From positions 5,501 through 39,295 of the forward strand of contig DDPN01000161.1 of the NCBI GenBank assembly GCA_002342205.1: a stretch of 33,795 nucleotides of DNA. The letters run 5' to 3'. Numbering within the stretch: the first letter of the stretch is position 1; each line of letters opens with the position of its first letter. Positions 1 through 7,264 of this stretch are shown here, one piece after another. The translations under genes and the position numbers were made by a program. The notes under the pieces are model-generated. The model worked only from the letters and a program-made list of their open reading frames with translations, did no database searches and was not told the DNA's origin. The DNA comes from Chitinophagaceae bacterium UBA2467 (GTDB lineage Bacteria > Bacteroidota > Bacteroidia > Chitinophagales > Chitinophagaceae).

Positions 1-491
1 ACATCCAGTATATGGGAAGCTCCCCAAATTGTAAATGGAGTTGCAATCAATAGTTCGTTTAAGTTCTCTTTCGGTACTATGATTCCATCAAACCCATCTT
101 CTTGTGCTTGTAATACAATAGGAAGTGCTCCTTTTATAGAACGGATGGAGCCGTCTAATGCCAGCTCTCCCATTAGAACATATTTTTTTAGTAAGTGCGT
201 TTGGTTAAGTTGCCCCGAAGCTGCTAAAATTCCAATTGCTATAGGAAGATCAAATGCTGTTCCGCTTTTTCGAATATCTGCTGGGGCCAGATTGATTACC
301 AATTTAGTTCTGGGAAACCGGAAACCATTTGTCTTGAATGTACTTTCAATTCTTTCCAGGCTTTCACGAACAGCACTATCTGGTAGTCCCACCATAGTCG
401 AAGACTTACCTGTTAGTAGCCAGTTTACTTCAATATGTATGCAATGTGCTTCAATGCCTACCAATGCACTACCAAAAACAGTAACGAACAT
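1..491 (-). CDS. comM: YifB/ComM family Mg-chelatase-like AAA+ ATPase, N-terminal part (runs off the left edge)
   Basis: Not in the ORF track. Manual minus-strand translation from ATG at 491 gives MFVTVFGSALVGIEAHCIHIEV...VGLPDSAVRESLERI...INLAPADIRKSGTAFDLPIAIGIL...MGELALDGSIRSIKGALP, the characteristic ComM N-terminus. The frame stays open to base 1. Confidence 0.93.
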   Translation of the reverse strand, partial: MFVTVFGSALVGIEAHCIHIEVNWLLTGKSSTMVGLPDSAVRESLERIESTFKTNGFRFPRTKLVINLAPADIRKSGTAFDLPIAIGILAASGQLNQTHLLKKYVLMGELALDGSIRSIKGALPIVLQAQEDGFDGIIVPKENLNELLIATPFTIWGASHILD

Positions 492-580
492 GCTTCAATC
501 TAACCGATTGACTTTTTGAAGTCAATAGCTTTCCTTTTGCTATTACTCGTTTTTTTGCTTAGAAATTGGGGGAATATTTT

Positions 581-1324
581 TTATCCCTCTAAGTGGATGG
601 CGAATACAATCATTCTGCTTTGAATGCGATCAATCACACTGGAAAAACGTAAGTTTTCGTCACGGGCATGAATATTTCGACTTCCGTTACTGATTTTTAT
701 TTCAGGCGAAAAAATAAAAGTGGGGAAATAAAAATTAAATCCGATACCAAACTCAGGTCCCCAATCGTTTTTTTCAATTTTTATGAGCTCTTCCGCTCTT
801 TTGGCTCTTGCGTTACTGGCCATGTCAATATCTCCTTTAATCCCCGCCAACGTATATACCCTAAAATTGCCAATCCGGTCACTTTGAAATTTAACGTGGA
901 CAGGAAAAGACATGATTACGGATTCTACTTTTTTGAATACCTCCGTCTGATCGAAAGAAGATGGATCGGGATAACTAAGTTTATATCGGATACTTCTATC
1001 AGCAAAAAATAATTGAGGATTAAATCTAACTTGAAAACGATTCGAAAGACGAAGCGTGCCCGATAGTCCTAATGAGGCACCTCCTGTATTAGTGGGTTCT
1101 GCAACTAGTACACTATCATCTTGTAGAAATCGAGGATGAAAACTAGTATGAAATCGTGTACTGTTTCCAGCAATCGTGATACCAAAATAGTAGGGTTTAC
1201 TATCATGGTCAGGAAGGTTAATCTCCAACTGGCTTTGGCTGAATTGCGCAAATGTGCAATTCAGAAATCCTACTGCGATCAGCAGGGTTAGTGCTATTTT
1301 TTTTGTGCAGTGTAAATACAACAT
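581..1324 (-). CDS. porT: PorT/SprT family outer-membrane beta-barrel (type IX secretion/gliding)
   Basis: Signal peptide ending ...TFA|Q, 'NLPDHDSKPYYFG' N-terminal motif, alternating beta-strand pattern, FSPEIKIS segment. Position directly downstream of ubiE is the usual Bacteroidota arrangement. Confidence 0.8.
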   Translation of the reverse strand: MLYLHCTKKIALTLLIAVGFLNCTFAQFSQSQLEINLPDHDSKPYYFGITIAGNSTRFHTSFHPRFLQDDSVLVAEPTNTGGASLGLSGTLRLSNRFQVRFNPQLFFADRSIRYKLSYPDPSSFDQTEVFKKVESVIMSFPVHVKFQSDRIGNFRVYTLAGIKGDIDMASNARAKRAEELIKIEKNDWGPEFGIGFNFYFPTFIFSPEIKISNGSRNIHARDENLRFSSVIDRIQSRMIVFAIHLEG

Positions 1325-2037
1325 ATTCCAAAAGTCAACGATTCGTAACGCACTTCTGTATAACCCGCTTCCTTAAGCAAATTGCAAAATGTGGTTCGGT
1401 CAGGAAATGCGTTAGTCGATTTATTTAGGTAGGCATAAGCCTGGTGATCAGTATTGAATAGGCGAGCAAAAAAGGGAGCTATTTGCTGCATATACAGGTT
1501 GTAAATAAATTTTATAAACCAATTACGTGGCGTTGAAAATTCTAATACCATCAATTGGCCGCCTGATTTTAAAACCCGAAGCATTTCAGTAAGTCCGGCA
1601 TGCAGATTTTCAAAGTTCCGTACTCCAAACGCTACCATTACTGCATCAAACGAATCCGAGGGGCTGTTTATTGTTTCGGCATCGCCTGTCTCAAGGCTAA
1701 TCTTGTCAGCTAATTGACGGGTTTTAATTTTTTCTCTACCCAGTTGTAACATTCCGGTAGAAATATCGATCCCTTTGATCTGTTCAGGTTGTAAAAGGTC
1801 ATGTGCCATTAGTGCTAAATCTGCTGTTCCTGTTGCTACATCCAAAATTTGCTTCGGCTTATTTTTTTTGAGCTTTAAGAGGGCTTTTTTTCGCCATGCT
1901 TTATCAATGCGGGCAGATAAAAAGCGATTCATGAAGTCGTAACGACCAGCAATACGGTCGAACATTTCGGCGACCTGTACTTTTTTTGCCTTGTCAGAAT
2001 CAGAAAGCGGAGTAATGGAATCGTGCGGAAGCGACAT
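1294..2037 (-). CDS. ubiE: Demethylmenaquinone methyltransferase UbiE/MenG
   Basis: VAEMFDRIAGRYDFMNRFLS, SAM motif ILDVATGTAD, FGVRNF, RVLKSGG...LEFS. Confidence 0.95.
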   Translation of the reverse strand: MSLPHDSITPLSDSDKAKKVQVAEMFDRIAGRYDFMNRFLSARIDKAWRKKALLKLKKNKPKQILDVATGTADLALMAHDLLQPEQIKGIDISTGMLQLGREKIKTRQLADKISLETGDAETINSPSDSFDAVMVAFGVRNFENLHAGLTEMLRVLKSGGQLMVLEFSTPRNWFIKFIYNLYMQQIAPFFARLFNTDHQAYAYLNKSTNAFPDRTTFCNLLKEAGYTEVRYESLTFGICCIYTAQKK

Positions 2038-2041
2038 AGCG

Positions 2042-2049
2042 CAAAGGTA
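2042..2049 (-). promoter_or_regulatory. Bacteroidota sigma-A -7 element TACCTTTG for ubiE-porT
   Basis: Exact match to TAnnTTTG, 4 nt before the ubiE ATG. Confidence 0.7.
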
Positions 2050-2115
2050 CGCTCCCGGGCTCAGATTGTGGGTTGTCTTGAGGTTTCGCCTGAATGTATT
2101 TACTTCGTGCTAACA

Positions 2116-2733
2116 ATGAAAAAAGAACCCACTTTGCAAGCCCAGTATGTGGTGAGTAGTGAAACCCACAAGCAATGTCCAAAAGCAGATCGGCCGGAGT
2201 TCGCTTTCATTGGTCGTAGCAATGTTGGTAAATCTTCTTTGATTAATTTAATCACTGGCTCAACTAAACTTGCACGCACCTCTGCAACGCCTGGAAAGAC
2301 ACGACTCATCAATCATTTTGATATTATTGATACTGACAAAAAAAAGTGGTACTTGGTGGATTTACCTGGCTATGGCTATGCTGCTACTGTTTCTCAAAAA
2401 GCACGTCGTAATTGGGGGAATATGATTGAGTCTTACATCCGTAAACGAGAAAATCTGATTAGTTTATTTGTGTTGATTGATAGCAGACATGAGCCACAAC
2501 CTATCGATATTGATTTTATCAATCAACTAGGCGAGTGGCAAATTCCTTTCAGTATAATCTTTACAAAAATTGATAAGAATAAACCCGGTGCAACAAAACG
2601 AAACGTTGAACAATTTACGAACCGGTTATTGGAGAATTGGGAAGCGCTGCCTCCCGTTTTTTTAACTTCCGCTGTTACTAAAGTGGGTCGATCAGAAATT
2701 CTCGATCATATTCGCACCTTGATAAAAAGCTAA
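2116..2733 (+). CDS. yihA: Ribosome biogenesis GTPase YihA/YsxC (EngB)
   Basis: G1 GRSNVGKSS, G2 TPGKT, G3 DLPGYG, G4 TKID. Start reassigned to ATG 2116 because the track's start at 2023 overlaps ubiE and its promoter. Confidence 0.95.
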   Translation: MKKEPTLQAQYVVSSETHKQCPKADRPEFAFIGRSNVGKSSLINLITGSTKLARTSATPGKTRLINHFDIIDTDKKKWYLVDLPGYGYAATVSQKARRNWGNMIESYIRKRENLISLFVLIDSRHEPQPIDIDFINQLGEWQIPFSIIFTKIDKNKPGATKRNVEQFTNRLLENWEALPPVFLTSAVTKVGRSEILDHIRTLIKS

Positions 2734-2735
2734 AA

Positions 2736-3209
2736 CTAGTTGACCATTTTATTGGCACAGCTGGTACTTGCAAAAGCCTCTGGTTTTGCTTTAAAGGCAA
2801 ACCCCATTCCTAGAATATAGCCCATCGCCTCCCGAAGCGCATCGTTGCTTTTAAATTGTGGATTTGTATTGATGTCTGCGTGCACCTCCATGTCCACATC
2901 ATACTTATTAAAAAGTGGGCAGAGTTGGTAAGCAATCTCAATGCTTTTTGAAACTTCTGTTAGCATTCGTTCTTTTATAGTAAAGGTTTGTCTGGTTTTT
3001 TCATTGCTGATGAACATAAAACCGCCTTGTCCTTCGCGCAGGAATACGATGACGGTGGCAAACTCAGTTTCTTTCCCTTTTACTTGTGAGTCTGTTCCAA
3101 TACAAACTTTTAAACGGATTCCTTTATCGGTTTCTCGTTGAATCGCAATTTCAACGGCTTCAAAAATGGGGAGCTCTACCGCATCGCCATTAAATTTTCT
3201 CCATTGCAT
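2736..3209 (-). CDS. Ribonuclease H-like YkuK family protein
   Basis: CIGTDSQ...FATVIVF...GG, ERMLTEV.KS, EVHADIN and KP.AFAS motifs; 157 aa. Confidence 0.85.
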   Translation of the reverse strand: MQWRKFNGDAVELPIFEAVEIAIQRETDKGIRLKVCIGTDSQVKGKETEFATVIVFLREGQGGFMFISNEKTRQTFTIKERMLTEVSKSIEIAYQLCPLFNKYDVDMEVHADINTNPQFKSNDALREAMGYILGMGFAFKAKPEAFASTSCANKMVN

Positions 3210-3309
3210 GAGTAAATAGGTTTTCCTAATTTACCTCAGGAATTGATTTACTCCTTCAACTTAACGGCAGAAGATATGCACAGTTATGTTATCAAATTGT
3301 GAATCGAAC

Positions 3310-3678
3310 TTAATACTGGCCTGTATGTAGCAAGACCAATGTACAGGCCTCAAGGGGTTGGATACCCGCCTGTTTCGCTAGGTCTGCTAATTCTTCATTT
3401 TCAGTGCCTGGGTTAAAAATGAGTCTCTTGGGTTGCAGCGCAAGGATATAATCGTAGTAAGGCTTTTGCCTTTCGGGGGATAAATACAACGTAATAGTAT
3501 CTATGGAGGGGCAGTCGATTTGTGTTGTTTCAATAGAAGTTGTTCCCACTTTTCCCTGTCTGGCTCCAATAGCCCATACCGGATGCTGGTGTTTTTGTAA
3601 ATCTTGAATGGCCCTGTAACTATAGCGCTCTGGATTTTCAGATGCACCAATAACCAGTGTGGGTTTTGAAGACTGCAT
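3310..3678 (-). CDS. CoA-binding protein (YccU/CoA_binding_2 type)
   Basis: TLVIGASENPERYS, IDTITLY, RLIFNPGTEN, ACTLVLL. ATG at 3678 preferred over TTG at 3684. Confidence 0.9.
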   Translation of the reverse strand: MQSSKPTLVIGASENPERYSYRAIQDLQKHQHPVWAIGARQGKVGTTSIETTQIDCPSIDTITLYLSPERQKPYYDYILALQPKRLIFNPGTENEELADLAKQAGIQPLEACTLVLLHTGQY

Positions 3679-3681
3679 ATT

Positions 3682-3689
3682 CAAAAGTA
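3682..3689 (-). promoter_or_regulatory. -7 element TACTTTTG for the CoA-binding protein gene
   Basis: Exact TAnnTTTG, 3 nt before ATG 3678. Confidence 0.6.
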
Positions 3690-3740
3690 CTGCAATATTA
3701 ATAGCGGTGGTGTTACCCGTTGATTTCAGTACTTTTCAGT

Positions 3741-5591
3741 ATGAAAAATTTTGCCTGCTGCCTTTTGCTGTTACTTTATCTAAGTGCACAATCACAACGT
3801 GCACCCTTTCGTTTTGCTTTTGTGACGGATACCCATATTGGATCACCAGATGGTGTTGCAGAAGAGGATCTTCGTAGAACTATTCGTGATATCAATGCAC
3901 AATCTGATCTTGCTTTTGTTTTATTGACTGGTGATATAACCGAGTTGGGCACAAACCAAGAGTTGGCGCTTGCAAAAAAATTGCTAGATAGTCTTCGTAT
4001 TCCTTGGTATATCATTCCAGGCAATCACGACACTGGTTGGAGTGAAAGCGGAGGACTGGGTTTTACACAAACATTTGGTGCCGACCGATTCAGTTTCAAT
4101 TTCCAAGGCGTTCAATTTATCGGATGTGCTTCCGGACCCTATGTACGAATGAGTGATGGACATGTACCAAGGGATGCTGTCAATTGGTTGGATAGACAAC
4201 TTGCTTCGTTGGCAGATACAACGCCCATTATCATGGTCAACCATTATCCTTTAGATAACTCATTAGATAATTGGTATGAGATCACGGATCGGATTCGTCA
4301 AAAAAATACGTGGGCAGCTATTTGTGGGCATGGACATGCCAATCGGAAAATGGATTTTGAAGGCATTCCAGGTGTAATGGGCAGATCAAATCTTCGCGCT
4401 AAAGCAGAAGTGGGCGGCTATAATATTGTTGAAGTGCGTGCGGATAGTATTTTATTTTCTGAGCGGAGACCAGAGCGAAGAACCCTTGCTGTTTGGCATG
4501 CAGTATCTATTCAAAAAGGCTTGGTTGCAAAACAAGCAAAGTCTTTTCCTCGTCCTTCTTACCAAATCAACGAACAGTATCCGCAAGTAAAAGCTAATTG
4601 GCAAGTGAGTGACGTGGCCAATATTATCTCTACACCTGCTGTTGCAGGCAATGCAATCGTAGTAGGCAATCAGGAAGGAACGATCAATTGCTATGAAAAA
4701 AAATCAGGCGTACGTCGCTGGAGTTTCTCTACCAGTGGTCCAATTTATTCCTCACCAGCTATTCATAAAAGTAAAGTGGTGGTAGGCTCTGCCGATGGCG
4801 GGGTCTATTGTTTGGATCTCAAAAAAGGAACGGCCTTGTGGACGTGGAAAGCCAATAGTTCCGTATTGGGTTCTCCCGTTTTATCAGGCGATACTGTTTT
4901 TATTGGAACAAGTGATCACCGCATCGTTGCAATTAGTTTAAATAATGGGTCTCTGCTTTGGGCATTTGAAGGACTCGATGGTCCTGTTGTGAGTACACCC
5001 TTACTTTACCAGGGTAAATTGATTGTGGGTGCTTGGGATAGAAATTTATATGCGATTCAAACTTCAAGTGGAAAGCTGGTTTGGAAATGGAATAATGGTA
5101 CATCTGTCAGAAATTATTCTCCTGCTTCTTGTATTCCTGTGGCAGCAGATGGTATTGTATACATTATGGCACCTGATCGGTATACTACAGCCATTGATGT
5201 AACAAATGGACAAACGGTATGGCGTGCAAAAGATGGAGGTGTACGAGAATCAATTGGACTATCAAAAGACCAACAATGGATTTACGGAAAGTCTATGCAG
5301 GATACGATTGTTGCTTACCGAGCCAGTAGAGAGCCTCAAACTGCTGCTTGGAAAATGCATGTAGGGTTTGGCTATGAACATGTTCCTTCTATGATTCTGG
5401 AGCAAGATGGCTACATTATTTTTGGAACACGTAACGGAGTGGTTTATGCCGTGGATCCAGTCAAGAAAAAAACAGCATGGGCATACAAGATTGATAATTC
5501 CATGATCAATACGGTAAGACCTATAGGAAAAAAGCAGGTAGTTGTATCCACAATGGATGGAAAGCTAGCCCTACTGCGTTACGACAATTAG
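3741..5591 (+). CDS. Secreted calcineurin-like metallophosphoesterase fused to a PQQ/BamB-like beta-propeller
   Basis: Signal peptide MKNFACCLLLLLYLSAQSQ; metal motifs TDTH, GDITE, GNHD, NHYP, GHGH; C-terminal repeats of the (S/T)P...V.VG..DG.(V/L)Y.LD..(T/S)G...W type. Start reassigned to ATG 3741. Confidence 0.88.
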   Translation: MKNFACCLLLLLYLSAQSQRAPFRFAFVTDTHIGSPDGVAEEDLRRTIRDINAQSDLAFVLLTGDITELGTNQELALAKKLLDSLRIPWYIIPGNHDTGWSESGGLGFTQTFGADRFSFNFQGVQFIGCASGPYVRMSDGHVPRDAVNWLDRQLASLADTTPIIMVNHYPLDNSLDNWYEITDRIRQKNTWAAICGHGHANRKMDFEGIPGVMGRSNLRAKAEVGGYNIVEVRADSILFSERRPERRTLAVWHAVSIQKGLVAKQAKSFPRPSYQINEQYPQVKANWQVSDVANIISTPAVAGNAIVVGNQEGTINCYEKKSGVRRWSFSTSGPIYSSPAIHKSKVVVGSADGGVYCLDLKKGTALWTWKANSSVLGSPVLSGDTVFIGTSDHRIVAISLNNGSLLWAFEGLDGPVVSTPLLYQGKLIVGAWDRNLYAIQTSSGKLVWKWNNGTSVRNYSPASCIPVAADGIVYIMAPDRYTTAIDVTNGQTVWRAKDGGVRESIGLSKDQQWIYGKSMQDTIVAYRASREPQTAAWKMHVGFGYEHVPSMILEQDGYIIFGTRNGVVYAVDPVKKKTAWAYKIDNSMINTVRPIGKKQVVVSTMDGKLALLRYDN

Positions 5592-7222
5592 AGAAATAAT
5601 TGAATGGGATTCTCTAAGTATTTCTTTACGGTTTGTAAGAAAGCCGCACCGGTTGCGCCATCTACACTTCGGTGATCGCAGCTAAGTGTAACTTTCATTA
5701 CTTGTGTAGCAGCAAAGCCTTCTCCTTTGCGAATGATCTTTTCGCTGATTCTTCCAACTGCTAGTATGCAGCTATCAGGCGGATTGATGATGGCAGTGAA
5801 TTCATCGATGTCCATCATGCCCAAATTAGAAATGGTGAATGTATTACCGGTGAATTCGTTAGGTTGTAATTTTTTATTCTTGGCTTTGGAAGCTAATTCT
5901 TTTGCTTCGGCAGCGATTTGTGGCAAGGTTTTGTTGTCTGCAAACCGCACAACAGGAACAATCAATCCATCTTCAATGGCTACCGCCATTCCGATATGTA
6001 CGTGATGATAACGACGAATCTTGTCGCCTAACCAAGATGCATTTACTGCAGGGTGTTGACGAAGGGCTAATGCTACAGCTTTAATTACAAAATCATTGAA
6101 GCTCACTTTAACAGGGCTTGCCTCATTGAGTTGTGTACGAGCTGAGATCGCATTATCCATATTGATCTCCATCTTCAAATAAAAGTGAGGTGCACTAAAC
6201 TTACTTTCAGCTAAGCGCTTAGCAATCACTCCTCTCATTTGAGAGTTTGGAATATCAGTAAAGCCTTCGGTGGTTTGTCCTGTGTAAGTAGGGATATTCA
6301 AAGCAGGAGCGGCAGTAGCACTAACAGATGGATTATAATTATCCAGGTCTGCTTTCACAATACGACCTCCATCGCCACTTCCACGAAGCAGGCTTAGGTC
6401 AACGCCTTTATCCTTGGCAATTTTCTTAGCAAGTGGTGAAGCTTTAATTCTTCCGTTTGCATCCATTCCTCCCGCTGTTGCAGGGGCAGCCGTGCTAGCT
6501 GCAGCCGGCTGTGCTGTTGCAGTCGGAGCAGGGGAAGAAGTAGCTGCGGTAGTTACAGGGGAACTGCTCTTTGATGCCGCTACGATTGCATCCACATCTA
6601 CTTTTCCTTTTTCACCAATGATGCAAAGCAAACTATTCACCTTAATTTTTTCGCCCTTTTGTGCACCGATATAAAGGAGTGTTCCGTTTTTATAACTCTC
6701 CAACTCCATCGTTGCTTTGTCTGTTTCTATATCAGCTAAAACTTCTCCTTTTTTTACAGTATCTCCTACTTGTTTATGCCAACCAGCAATCACACCTTCT
6801 TCCATTGTATCACTTAAGCGGGGCATTAACACAACTTCATCCATTTTAGAAAGATCCATTGTGGAAGCAGCTGTTGAAGTGGGTTGAGTAGTTGGTGTTG
6901 AAGCGGGCGTAGGGGAAGCTGAAGGAGTAGCTGCAGGTGCAGTAGCGGCTGCAGGTTTAGTAAGAAGTGAACTGATGTCTTCTCCCTCGTTACCTATAAT
7001 GGCTAGTAAGTCGTTCACCTGCAATTTTGCTCCTTTATCTCCACCTAAATGAAGCAATACGCCGTCTTTGTAGCTTTCCAGCTCCATTGTGGCTTTATCA
7101 GTTTCTACTTCTGCAAGTAGATCTCCTTTCTTAACACGGTCTCCAACTTTTTTATGCCAGGACGCAATAACCCCTTCGGTCATTGTATCACTTAATCTGG
7201 GCATCAGGATCACTTCGGCCAT
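5588..7222 (-). CDS. pdhC: Pyruvate dehydrogenase E2, dihydrolipoamide acetyltransferase (two lipoyl domains)
   Basis: Two MPRLSDTM.EG...ETDKATME lipoyl domains, Ala/Pro/Thr linkers, E3-binding ASPLAKKIA...GSGDGGRI, catalytic DHRSVDG. Confidence 0.96.
   Translation of the reverse strand: MAEVILMPRLSDTMTEGVIASWHKKVGDRVKKGDLLAEVETDKATMELESYKDGVLLHLGGDKGAKLQVNDLLAIIGNEGEDISSLLTKPAAATAPAATPSASPTPASTPTTQPTSTAASTMDLSKMDEVVLMPRLSDTMEEGVIAGWHKQVGDTVKKGEVLADIETDKATMELESYKNGTLLYIGAQKGEKIKVNSLLCIIGEKGKVDVDAIVAASKSSSPVTTAATSSPAPTATAQPAAASTAAPATAGGMDANGRIKASPLAKKIAKDKGVDLSLLRGSGDGGRIVKADLDNYNPSVSATAAPALNIPTYTGQTTEGFTDIPNSQMRGVIAKRLAESKFSAPHFYLKMEINMDNAISARTQLNEASPVKVSFNDFVIKAVALALRQHPAVNASWLGDKIRRYHHVHIGMAVAIEDGLIVPVVRFADNKTLPQIAAEAKELASKAKNKKLQPNEFTGNTFTISNLGMMDIDEFTAIINPPDSCILAVGRISEKIIRKGEGFAATQVMKVTLSCDHRSVDGATGAAFLQTVKKYLENPIQLFL
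6610..7219 (-). repeat. Internal duplication encoding the two lipoyl domains of pdhC (approx. 6610-6840 and 6990-7219)
   Basis: Near-identical peptide blocks MPRLSDTM(T/E)EGVIA.WHK.VGD.VKKG and ETDKATMELESYK. Boundaries approximate. Confidence 0.85.
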
Positions 7223-7264
7223 TCCCTAACGAATTTGGGCCCGAAATTAAGATAAAAACCCCGA

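Noticed and set aside
79-519. 146-aa plus-strand ORF in the track
   Set aside because: Antisense shadow of comM, which reads with clear family motifs on the minus strand.
1294-1304. -1 frameshift producing a UbiE-PorT fusion
   Set aside because: It would bury the PorT signal peptide behind a cytoplasmic enzyme, and no stimulatory element is evident.
2023-2115. N-terminal extension of YihA
   Set aside because: Overlaps the ubiE start and promoter. The family-like sequence begins at ATG 2116.
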